The notes under the pieces: model-generated
What the model was told of the DNA's origin: nothing
Seen by the model: the letters and a program-made list of their open reading frames with translations, nothing else
The model's database searches: none
Assembly: GCA_964551435.1 (NCBI GenBank)
Contig: CAZKBS010000001.1
Coordinates: 79,565 to 143,564, forward strand
Direction of reading: 5' to 3'
Source of the DNA: an uncultured Micavibrio sp.
Lineage (GTDB): Bacteria; Pseudomonadota; Alphaproteobacteria; Micavibrionales; UBA2020
DNA length: 64,000 bases
Made by a program: the position numbers and the translations under genes
Shown: positions 56,565-64,000 of the stretch, piece by piece
Position numbering within the stretch: the first letter of the stretch is position 1
How the letters are laid out: each line of letters starts with the position of its first letter

Positions 56565-57890
56565 TTACGGCGTCAGGTCGTAGGATTTGACCACCAGAAC
56601 GCTCGGGCCGTCCTTGCCTTTGTGCAGTTGACCATAGGGCTGGGGGCGGACTTCGGCGAACTGGTCGAGCAGTTTGCCCACGGCTTCATCGTAGGAGCCG
56701 GTGAAGCTGACATCTTTTTTCAGCTTGTAGTCATAATCAATCGACCAGAACAGCTCGACACTTGCAGCATCCGACCAGTTTTTAAGCGTATCGCGCAGGG
56801 TGGCGCCTTTGGCACCGGCCCAGGGCTGCCCCGCCTTTTGCGGAGCAGCGGCCGATTTTTCAGCCGGTGCGGCCAGCGCGGTCGGTGCGGCAACCGTAGC
56901 GGCAGGCGCTGCGGCGGCGGCTTCGGGCGCGGGACTCATTTGTTCCATCGGCGGGGGCACGGCCAGATCAGCCGGTGCCTCGCTCACAGGTGCAGCTTTG
57001 TTGGCCGCCGACGGCGGCAGCGACGTCACTGCAACCGGGCGCGAACCTGCGGTTTCCGGCGGATAAGACATCACAGGCTCTTTTGCTTTCGGTGCGGCCA
57101 TCACGGCAACAGAGTCGCTTTGCGTCCCTGCGGTGCGGCTTTCCGATGCCGGACGGGTGCGGCGAATGGTCACCGGTTCTGCCGTAGCGGCAACGACCGG
57201 AGTTTCGCTAACCGCTGCGGGTGCAGCGGCAGCCGTTTCTGCGGGCGCGCTGGTCAGCGGCGTCGGTGCGGTATCGGCGCTGTCGGACGGCATGACGGAC
57301 ATGCCTTCAGGTGCCGCAGGCATCGGCGCATCAGACGCAGCGAAGCCCACAACAACAACGTTGCCTTGTAGTTGATAGCTGAGGCCCTGCGGCGCGAGCA
57401 TGTCGGTAATCACTTGCTGCCAGGGTTTGCCGCCTTCCCACGAAACCATCACGCCGGGGTTCACGCCGGAGGCGAAAGAAAACTGATGACCCGCAGGAGC
57501 GACTTGCTGAAGCGCAATCACCAGCGGCAGATCGCGGCCGAAGCCAGCGACAACATCCGTCGGTGCCGCAGCGGCAGCAGGCGCGGGCGTTGCTGGCGCG
57601 AAAGGCGCCAGCGCGGGACTGACGGGTTCTGTTTCAACCGGCATGGTCGGTGCAGCGGCGGCAACAGGCGCGGACGCCGGCGCAGCAGCTTTGCCATCCC
57701 AGCCGACAACAGGCTCTAGACCCGACATGTCGCCTTCAACGGGCGCGGGTGCTGCCTGACGCACAGGCGGTTCGATCGGACCGCGCCATTCGAAGCCGGC
57801 ATGTGCCGGAGAACTGAAGCAAAGAAGAGCAACACCCGAAACCATGAGGGCGCGGCCAAAGAACTGCTTGAACGAAGGCGTGTGTGTCAT
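56565..57890 (-). CDS. Secreted protein with an STN-like domain, long Pro/Ala linkers and a C-terminal TcpQ-like domain
   Basis: Signal peptide ...SSPAHA|G. LPLVIALQQVAPAGHQFSFASGVNPGVMVSWEGGKPWQQVITDMLAPQGLSYQLQGNVVVV resembles a secretin/TonB short N-terminal (STN) domain. The C-terminus (LRDTLKNWSDAASVELFWSIDYDYKLKKDVSFTGSYDEAVGKLLDQF) resembles TcpQ/PilL-type domains. Confidence 0.6.
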   Translation of the reverse strand: MTHTPSFKQFFGRALMVSGVALLCFSSPAHAGFEWRGPIEPPVRQAAPAPVEGDMSGLEPVVGWDGKAAAPASAPVAAAAPTMPVETEPVSPALAPFAPATPAPAAAAAPTDVVAGFGRDLPLVIALQQVAPAGHQFSFASGVNPGVMVSWEGGKPWQQVITDMLAPQGLSYQLQGNVVVVGFAASDAPMPAAPEGMSVMPSDSADTAPTPLTSAPAETAAAAPAAVSETPVVAATAEPVTIRRTRPASESRTAGTQSDSVAVMAAPKAKEPVMSYPPETAGSRPVAVTSLPPSAANKAAPVSEAPADLAVPPPMEQMSPAPEAAAAAPAATVAAPTALAAPAEKSAAAPQKAGQPWAGAKGATLRDTLKNWSDAASVELFWSIDYDYKLKKDVSFTGSYDEAVGKLLDQFAEVRPQPYGQLHKGKDGPSVLVVKSYDLTP

Positions 57891-58016
57891 CGTGATGTCC
57901 CGCTGTATGTGCCTGTGGCGTGAAAATCGAATGTATCGTTTATAGTCCTAAAATCAGTCAAAAACAACTGCCTGTCGGACGTTATCGCAGGGTTGCGATA
58001 AAACCCGTCCGGAAGA

Positions 58017-58316
58017 TCAGGAGCCGGTATCCTGAAGCTTGCGGCGGCGCGTCCAGATCCAGCCCGGACGCTTGGTGCCGACCAGCCAGACGCGCAGCGA
58101 ACGCAGCGCGGCCGGAAAGGACAAACCCTTGCGCTCGAGCAGATAAAAAATAAACAGCATGCCGACAAGAAGGCAGATCGTCCAGATACGGAAATGCAGC
58201 AGCACCAGCGCGACAAAAAGACCCGCACGCGCATCGAAACTGAAGAACCGTACGGTCTTCATCGTATTACGCCAGTGCCACGAGCGGCCTTCGTCTTCGT
58301 CTTTATCTGCTGCCAT
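58017..58316 (-). CDS. icmT: Type IVB secretion protein IcmT (TraK-like)
   Basis: 99 aa. WHWRNTMKTVRFFSFDARAGLFVALVLLHFRIWTI...LERKGLSF fits the IcmT/TraK pattern (WRDS..(F)F..DA...hydrophobic..H.R.WT). Starts 5 nt after dotB. Confidence 0.75.
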   Translation of the reverse strand: MAADKDEDEGRSWHWRNTMKTVRFFSFDARAGLFVALVLLHFRIWTICLLVGMLFIFYLLERKGLSFPAALRSLRVWLVGTKRPGWIWTRRRKLQDTGS

Positions 58317-58321
58317 TTATA

Positions 58322-59515
58322 TTAATTTCCCCCTGCCGTTTCTTCTTCGCCTGCTTCCTGTTTGGTGCCTTGTTGGTAGATCAGGTAGTGGCGCCTTTCG
58401 ATGAGACCGGCTTCGAAAGCGTCTCTGGCCGCTTTTTCCATGGTTTTTCCGTATTTCGGAACCATCTGCATCAGCTCCAGCGGCCATTGGTCGAAGGTCA
58501 GGCTGAGCAAACGCTCGCGGATTTCTTCGGTAAAGGGCATGTATTCGCGCAGCGCCACGCGGCCGCCGCCGATTTTCGGCACCAGCGTTTGCGTGACCAC
58601 CATGCGGATGGTTTCCATCAGGGCGAAAGCACGTTCGGTACGCTCCGACGGCTCGAAGGTCGAGACCATGCGTCGGATTGTCGCCGCCACACCCGTCGTG
58701 TGCACCGTAGCGTAAACGGTGTGACCCGTCTGCCCCGCTTCGATGGCGGCAGAAATGGTTTCGCGGTCGCGGGCCTCACCCACCAGAATGATTTCGGGCT
58801 TGCGGCGCAGTGCGTTACGCACGCCCGCGGCGAAGGACGGCAGGTGGCGCGGAATTTCCGACTGCGCAACCAGCGAGCGTTTCGCCTGAATGGTATCGTA
58901 GGTAAACTCGATCGGCGCCTCGTAGGTCAGCATCTTGCCGCAGCCGTGCAGACTTTCGATGAGCATGCGGTTACCCGCCGCCAGCAGGGTGGATTTGCCC
59001 GAACCCGTCGGCCCCGTGACCAGCACAAGACCCTGACGCGGCTTCCAGTTGGCGATGATTTCCGGCTCGATGTTCAGCTGTTTCATTGTCGGCGGCGCGG
59101 AGGGCAACGTACGCATCGTGACCTGTACGCCGTCGCGGCCATCGGCCAGAATAGCCGTCATGTTCACACGGAAACGCGTGCGCGTGAAACGGTCGGTCAT
59201 GACCTCGTAGGACAAGTCGATGTCGGCGCCGCCCGCGAGAATAGCGAGGGCTTCTGTACCGTAGAGTTTGACGAGAACCGCCGCCATGTCCGCCGCGTCA
59301 AGCGCGCGGTAGGTGGACGGGTAAAGCGTGCCGTAAATCTCGCTGTAAACGGGACGGTTGGACTGGAAGGTGATATCCGACGCGCCCTTCTTCACGCACC
59401 ACAGCAGAAAGGGGTCGATGTGATGCTCCAGAAAACGGTCGGGTTCAGCCGGCCATGTCTCCTTGAGGTCGTCGACGCCTTTCTTGAGGAGACTTACCGG
59501 TCTGCCGGCTTCCAT
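58322..59515 (-). CDS. dotB: Type IVB secretion ATPase DotB (TraJ-like; PilT-superfamily hexameric ATPase)
   Basis: Walker A LVLVTGPTGSGKSTLL. Asp box and His box (GHTVYATVHT). About 397 aa. Sits between dotC and icmT. Confidence 0.85.
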   Translation of the reverse strand: MEAGRPVSLLKKGVDDLKETWPAEPDRFLEHHIDPFLLWCVKKGASDITFQSNRPVYSEIYGTLYPSTYRALDAADMAAVLVKLYGTEALAILAGGADIDLSYEVMTDRFTRTRFRVNMTAILADGRDGVQVTMRTLPSAPPTMKQLNIEPEIIANWKPRQGLVLVTGPTGSGKSTLLAAGNRMLIESLHGCGKMLTYEAPIEFTYDTIQAKRSLVAQSEIPRHLPSFAAGVRNALRRKPEIILVGEARDRETISAAIEAGQTGHTVYATVHTTGVAATIRRMVSTFEPSERTERAFALMETIRMVVTQTLVPKIGGGRVALREYMPFTEEIRERLLSLTFDQWPLELMQMVPKYGKTMEKAARDAFEAGLIERRHYLIYQQGTKQEAGEEETAGGN

Positions 59516-60672
59516 AGATCTGCACCTGTCAGGAATTGCGAGGGGCCGGTGATGCGCAGGGCACGGTCGCCGACACGCATCTCGTTGCCGCCGCCCGTCA
59601 CGCCGCGATCTTCATGCAGCGCATAGGGTTGGGAAATTTTACCTTCGGCCAGCAACAGGCGATAACGCACCATGCCATTATAATCGGCGGTCAGCTGGTT
59701 GAGACCGGTTTCAAAAGCCTCTTCGGCCTGCTGGAAACCTGCATCCCAACCGTCCTTCACCCAGCCGCTCCATTCGCCCTGCTCTTTGGCGTTTTTCGGC
59801 CAGAGGATGCGCGGCGGCGGCGTAATTTCGGATTCATAGTTCATGACCAGATACTGGCGCCAGTTACGCGCCGTCGGCACGATTTTCGCCTGCTGGTTGA
59901 TTTTGAGAACCTGATCGGCAACGGCAGCTTCAACGCCGCCCTCGGTAATCACCATCGCGCCAAGGGACTCTTTCACGATCGGCGGCTCGATCAGCAGACC
60001 CGAAGGCGCTTTCACGAGCAGCGGACGGAAATCGAATACCTTGTCGAGTACACGCTCGTAACCGCCCAGACGCTCGAGGATCTGGTAGTTGCGCTTGGCG
60101 AGACCGCCGCGCGCGCCGTAAGACAGGGCCGCTTCGCGCTGCGCGTCGCGGCGCATGTCGAGGGCGATTTCTTTCGAAATCAGATCATCGACGATTTCGG
60201 GCGTCGTGCCGTGGGTTTTGTGAACCTGCTGGAGGCTGATCAGCTCCGGCGGCGGTTTGACGTTGTCGAGCGGATTGATTTCAGGCTTCTGCGGCTGGAT
60301 GCCGAAGAGATCGATGCTCGATTTCGCTTTATCGGCCAGCTTGCCGGCTTTATAGGCCGGGCTATCGGGATCGAGAATATCGCCCGTGTAGTTGCCGCCA
60401 CCAAAACCTGCATCCGCCTGAATGCCGGGAACGCCCTGCATGGGCGCCTGACCGTAGGGCGTGCTCGGCACTTGCTGCATCGGGAAGGGCGATGCGCCTG
60501 CTTTTGCAGCGGCGGCTTGCTGGTCAGCCAGCGCCTGCGCGAGTGCATCGGGCGTCAGTTGCTGTTGCTGCGCCTGCGCGCCTGCCGAAAAAGCCGTCAG
60601 CAGCGCTGCGGCGCAAAGACCGAGAAACAGGCGGGACAAGGCCAGACGATTAACCACCGGAAACGGGCGCAT
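59494..60672 (-). CDS. dotC: Type IVB secretion outer-membrane-complex protein DotC (TraI-like)
   Basis: Signal peptide. Core AALSYGARGGLAKRNYQILERL...LDKVFDFRPLLV...LIEPPIVKE...ARNWRQYL matches my recollection of the DotC/TraI family. N-terminal Gln/Ala/Pro-rich extension. Confidence 0.75.
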   Translation of the reverse strand: MRPFPVVNRLALSRLFLGLCAAALLTAFSAGAQAQQQQLTPDALAQALADQQAAAAKAGASPFPMQQVPSTPYGQAPMQGVPGIQADAGFGGGNYTGDILDPDSPAYKAGKLADKAKSSIDLFGIQPQKPEINPLDNVKPPPELISLQQVHKTHGTTPEIVDDLISKEIALDMRRDAQREAALSYGARGGLAKRNYQILERLGGYERVLDKVFDFRPLLVKAPSGLLIEPPIVKESLGAMVITEGGVEAAVADQVLKINQQAKIVPTARNWRQYLVMNYESEITPPPRILWPKNAKEQGEWSGWVKDGWDAGFQQAEEAFETGLNQLTADYNGMVRYRLLLAEGKISQPYALHEDRGVTGGGNEMRVGDRALRITGPSQFLTGADLWKPADR

Positions 60673-61138
60673 AGTTCAACTCCACAACACGTTGATCGGG
60701 ATCGACGACGATATTAGCACGCAGTCCGGCCTGCAGGCCAAGATCGCGCAGAACCTCGACAACCGATTTCTGCTTGGCCTGTACGTTGACGACAAGCGGT
60801 GCAGACGGCTGATCGCCGTTGACCTGGAATTCATAACCCGCACGGTCGGCGAGACGTTTGGCGATGGGCTCGATCGGGCCGGCCCAGTCAACCGAAACGG
60901 TACGGCGCAGTTCCTGCGGTGCATACGGCGCGGCTTGCACCGATACGCCGGGATTGCGCGCCTGCTCGACCGATGCGAGGGTTTGCAGTGCGGAGGAAGC
61001 TTTGTCGACAGCCGCGGCAAGACGCAGGCTGACCGGGTCGGGAGTAGCGACCATCTGATGATCGATCTTCGCCGCCGGTGCGCAGGCCGAAAGAGCGAGC
61101 AGAGCCGCGGCACCGATAAAAGAAATTTTTTTGTTCAT
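60650..61138 (-). CDS. dotD: Type IVB secretion lipoprotein DotD (TraH-like)
   Basis: MNKKISFIGAAALLALSAC lipobox. 162 aa. C-terminal N0-like domain (VSVDWAGPIEPIAKRLADRAGYEFQVNGDQPSAPLVVNV...VVELNY). Confidence 0.8.
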   Translation of the reverse strand: MNKKISFIGAAALLALSACAPAAKIDHQMVATPDPVSLRLAAAVDKASSALQTLASVEQARNPGVSVQAAPYAPQELRRTVSVDWAGPIEPIAKRLADRAGYEFQVNGDQPSAPLVVNVQAKQKSVVEVLRDLGLQAGLRANIVVDPDQRVVELNYAPVSGG

Positions 61139-61204
61139 GAGAGTTGTTCCATCACTGCCCGAAAAAAGGGAAACACATTTGCGTGGACTGATTTTAACCA
61201 TTTT

Positions 61205-61232
61205 CAGTCGCAATGCAAACGGCATGCGACTG
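61205..61232. other. Stable hairpin in the transglycosylase-dotD intergenic region
   Basis: CAGTCGCAATGC-aaacg-GCATGCGACTG (one bulged base). Flanked by T/A runs. Confidence 0.4.
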
Positions 61233-61290
61233 TTTTCAACATTTTCTCGTCGCTATCTGGAAAAGAGGCGCGAAAGACCGCGCGGCGCGG

Positions 61291-61755
61291 TCATCCGGGC
61301 TTGCGGCGGGCCTGCTGGCGCTGCGCGGCGGCGACCAGATCGTCAGGGCTACGCACCAGGCGGTAACGCTGCATGGCGTCCATGACCTTGCTGCGGTATT
61401 TGCTGCCCAGATGCGGGGTCGCGGAATGATAATAGGCGATGCCCTGATAGAGGCTGCCCGTCTGGTTAATCTTTTTGCGTAAAATCCAGGTGCCGACGCC
61501 GATATTGACGCAGGCGTCATCGCGCACAAGACGGTGTGCGGTTTCGCGCGGCACGTTCCAATGGCGCGACAATTCGGGAATCCAGATCGTATTGATCTGC
61601 ATCGGGCCGAGGTCATACGTATTGTTAGTGTTTTTGGACGCCATGCCGATGCGCCCGCCCTCGACATGCAAAATGCCGAGAATCAGCGCTGGCGGCACGG
61701 AATAGGTCTGTGCCGCGGTAAAAATACAAACTGCCAGCGCCTGCGCCGTCATCAT
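61291..61755 (-). CDS. Lytic transglycosylase (SLT domain; VirB1/specialised T4SS-type)
   Basis: ILGILHVEGGRIG...YDLGPMQINTIW...NIGVGTWIL...YYHS. Catalytic Glu in HVEGG. Confidence 0.75.
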   Translation of the reverse strand: MMTAQALAVCIFTAAQTYSVPPALILGILHVEGGRIGMASKNTNNTYDLGPMQINTIWIPELSRHWNVPRETAHRLVRDDACVNIGVGTWILRKKINQTGSLYQGIAYYHSATPHLGSKYRSKVMDAMQRYRLVRSPDDLVAAAQRQQARRKPG

Positions 61756-61821
61756 GGCTGTGGTGCGTCCTTTAATACCGTATGTCTTGTCGTTTCGCTG
61801 CCGCGCGAAGCAGGGCCGCCA

Positions 61822-62706
61822 TCAATTACGGGCCAGTTCCGATTCGAGCAGCATCATATTCGACGGTTTGCCTGCAATCACCGTCAGCTTGCCGTCATCC
61901 GGACGGCGATAAATCGTAAAGGGCGTTTTGGCCAGACCAAAAGTCTTCACCATTCGCGTATTGGCGTCAATCGCAGCCAGCGAGCCATCGACAGCTTTTT
62001 CCTTTGCCAGTGCATTTTGCTTGCCCGCAATATAATCGGACCATGCCGCCCCCGGATCTGCGCTCGACAGCAGCGCCGCCCCGCCTTCGCGGTTGGCCTG
62101 CGCCTGACCGAAGGGCACAAGGCGCACTTGCAAACGGCCCGCTTTCACCGCCGGCTCCAGCGCTTTCCAGTATTCCTTGCAGTGGTCGCAGTTCACGTTC
62201 ATGAACATATAAAGATAAGGCGCATCCTGTTTGCCGGCCTGCACCCAGGCGGCTTTTTTCTCGACCGTGGCATAGAAGCGTTCGGATTTGGAAACATTGC
62301 TGGACGGCTCTTCCGCGCCCGGAATGGCCTCTTGCGAGCCTTCCATTTTGGCCTTGAGCGCGTGCAGCTGGCTCATGGTTTCGACTTCGCCTTGCGGATT
62401 GACGAGATTGCCCAGCACAAGGCCGCCCTGCGGCGTCGTGTAGGCGGTGCGCGGCGGGATGTCCTTGCGCGTCAGAAGCCAGCCATCGAGGCCATAGGCA
62501 TGACCGATGAATTCGACATCGCCGCCTTCGCTTTTGAATTTTTCCAGCTCCGGATGGCGCAGTTCATTGCCCGGTGCGGCCGTGGCGGGTACAGGCTGCT
62601 GCGCGGTCGGTGCCTTTTGCGCGGCAGCCGTCAGCGGCAACGCAAGTGCGGCGCATACAACAGCGGCGGCAACCGTTTTTTTGAAACCGTGAGCGTTCTT
62701 CATCAT
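61822..62706 (-). CDS. Periplasmic thiol:disulfide interchange protein (DsbC/DsbG-like; TrbB-like)
   Basis: Start at ATGATG 62706 with aaggaga RBS. Signal peptide ...LPLTAAA|Q. Has an N-terminal dimerisation-like domain and a thioredoxin fold with NCDHCKEYW (CxxC) and a late TPF cis-Pro-like motif. Confidence 0.75.
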   Translation of the reverse strand: MMKNAHGFKKTVAAAVVCAALALPLTAAAQKAPTAQQPVPATAAPGNELRHPELEKFKSEGGDVEFIGHAYGLDGWLLTRKDIPPRTAYTTPQGGLVLGNLVNPQGEVETMSQLHALKAKMEGSQEAIPGAEEPSSNVSKSERFYATVEKKAAWVQAGKQDAPYLYMFMNVNCDHCKEYWKALEPAVKAGRLQVRLVPFGQAQANREGGAALLSSADPGAAWSDYIAGKQNALAKEKAVDGSLAAIDANTRMVKTFGLAKTPFTIYRRPDDGKLTVIAGKPSNMMLLESELARN

Positions 62707-62973
62707 CCCGTCTTCTCCTTTGCGGAGCCCCTGTTTTTGACGTGGGCAGAGCCGGACGTCCAGCCTGCGCGTCCACAAGAGACTAGAGCATTCACTGCGG
62801 CGCGACAATATTTTCCGCGTTTTGCACGCAGACGGCACAGCCGCGCCCACAAACGGCAGACTGCGCCCTGTCCGAAGCCAAGGCCCATCCTTCATATTAT
62901 AAATGATGATTGGATATTTTCTATAACAGAAAAAGAGTGTCCTAAAGCCAAGATATAGCCCCTGAACCCCTGC

Positions 62974-63420
62974 TTAGAGCCTAAATCCGCCCGGCCCCTT
63001 GCCCTTTCTGACGGGGGCGGCGGGAACGTCGAGCGCATTGCCCGTTTCGGCCACAGGTACGCTCGCGGCGGGATCGGCACTGCGGTCAGGCATGGCGCTC
63101 AGCAGCATGCGGGTGATATCGGCGCGCGCGGTAGCATTTCGGGTATCTTTGTTCAAATCGAAAACCGTGCGGTTACGATGATCCTTGATGAACAGGTCGG
63201 GGCCGTAGCGCAGCAAGAAACGCACGCGGGCGGTCGACTCTTTCCAGACCGCACGCATCAGAACCGTCTGCCCGTCGGCGTTACGCGCATTGATATCGGC
63301 GCCTTTTTTAAAGCATAGCGTCAAACGCTCATCGAAATTCGATTCATCGAGCGCGGTGAACATTTCTTCGTTCACGATGCGCTGTTGTTCGCGGCTCAGG
63401 GCTGTGTTTTTGTCGGTCAT
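62974..63420 (-). CDS. Ankyrin-repeat protein
   Basis: KKGADINARNADGQTVLMRAVWKESTARVRFLLRYGPDLFIKDHRNRTVFD. Tail PVRKGKGPGGFRL. ATGA overlap with the upstream gene. Confidence 0.8.
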   Translation of the reverse strand: MTDKNTALSREQQRIVNEEMFTALDESNFDERLTLCFKKGADINARNADGQTVLMRAVWKESTARVRFLLRYGPDLFIKDHRNRTVFDLNKDTRNATARADITRMLLSAMPDRSADPAASVPVAETGNALDVPAAPVRKGKGPGGFRL

Positions 63421-64000
63421 AGCGTGAAGCCCCCGCCGCCGCGCGGTTTTTGCGGACGGCGCGCGATGACCGCAGCGGGCTTCATCACCTCGATATCCGC
63501 CTGCGCGGATGCTGCGGGCGCGGCGGACGCTTTGCCGGTTGCGGTGTTTTGTGGCTGCTGGTCGGGCATTTTCGCCATCACGGCGTTGATGATGTTTTGG
63601 CGCACATTGCTGTCACGGTCGATGCGGCTGGCCACCGTAATCGCGATATCGCCTTTTTTATCGGCGACCATGGTATCGGCGCCGCGCGACAGCCAGTAAT
63701 TCACCATGCGTTCGGAATAGGTTTTGATGCCGATCATCAGCACCGTATCGCCCGCATCGTTTTTCGCGTCGATACGCGCACCAGCGCTGAGCAGAAAATC
63801 GGTCATGTCGGCGGAAAAGCCACCGCTGTTCTGGCCGACCGTCGCCGCCAGATGCAAAACCGGCCCGAAAACGTTTTGGGATGTGCTGCTGGCCATGCTC
63901 TGGCGCACGGAATAAAAAATGCCGTGGGTCATGCAATTCGGATCCGCCCCCTTTTGCACATACAGCTTCGCCTGCACAACGTTGCGGTTGCGCACGGCTT
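63417..64000 (-). CDS. Ankyrin-repeat protein, 5'-partial (runs off the window end)
   Basis: The frame stays open to nt 64000; the 'M' in the ORF track is an internal GTG. GPVLHLAATVG...LLSAGARIDAKNDAGDTVLMIGI. Tail ARRPQKPRGGGGFTL. Confidence 0.8.
   Translation of the reverse strand, partial: AVRNRNVVQAKLYVQKGADPNCMTHGIFYSVRQSMASSTSQNVFGPVLHLAATVGQNSGGFSADMTDFLLSAGARIDAKNDAGDTVLMIGIKTYSERMVNYWLSRGADTMVADKKGDIAITVASRIDRDSNVRQNIINAVMAKMPDQQPQNTATGKASAAPAASAQADIEVMKPAAVIARRPQKPRGGGGFTL

Noticed and set aside
57982-58001. Short hairpin TTATCGCA-gggt-TGCGATAA between icmT and the TcpQ-like gene
   Set aside because: It has only an 8-bp stem and no U-tract on the transcribed (minus) strand, so it is not a convincing terminator. 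It might be a minor RNA structure or a binding site, but the evidence is too weak to call.
58322-59515. Reading the ATPase as a type IV pilus retraction ATPase (PilT/PilU)
   Set aside because: It belongs to the same superfamily. However, it is flanked by DotC-like, DotD-like and IcmT-like genes with overlapping reading frames, and no pilin, PilC or PilM-Q genes are nearby. DotB/TraJ is the better call.
51031-62706. Interpreting the T4SS locus as part of an integrative conjugative element or plasmid
   Set aside because: There is no integrase, relaxase, coupling protein, partitioning gene, tRNA attachment site or flanking direct repeat in the window. The flanks are housekeeping genes of similar composition. 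This cannot be excluded beyond the window, so it is only 'not supported here'.
1-64000. Search for CRISPR arrays, tRNA/rRNA genes, IS elements and prophage genes
   Set aside because: No regularly spaced direct repeats, no cloverleaf-compatible intergenic sequences, and no transposase, integrase or phage structural ORFs were seen. Intergenic regions are short and explained by promoters and terminators.

Overview
This is a visibly GC-rich chromosomal window. Its gene content points to an alphaproteobacterium: gapR/DUF2312, DUF2794, a NadQ-type regulator, radA-cvpA, yfgM-bamB-der and ctaA. Most genes are ordinary housekeeping: ihfB, argE, pyrE, rpmI-rplT, radA, der, bamB, icd, ctaA, nadCBA, flgK-flgL, and an RNase J-like gene. 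I found no rRNA, tRNA, CRISPR array, transposase or integrase. Two features stand out. (1) At 51.0-62.7 kb, all on the minus strand, there is a partial type IVB (Dot/Icm-like) secretion locus. It reads DsbC-like oxidoreductase, lytic transglycosylase, dotD, dotC, dotB, icmT, a secreted STN/TcpQ-domain protein, then four tandem, translationally coupled paralogs of a secreted Cys-containing protein family that I cannot assign. (2) The window is unusually dense in eukaryote-like repeat proteins: seven ankyrin-repeat genes and two Sel1-repeat genes. Many of these end in a similar basic Pro/Gly-rich C-terminal tail (for example RLRPRPPRGPG and RLKPRPRKPRGPG). I interpret the tail as a candidate secretion or targeting signal for the adjacent T4SS. 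Together these suggest a host-associated, possibly intracellular lifestyle. All functional calls come from reading the ORF translations and recalling family motifs; no database search was run.
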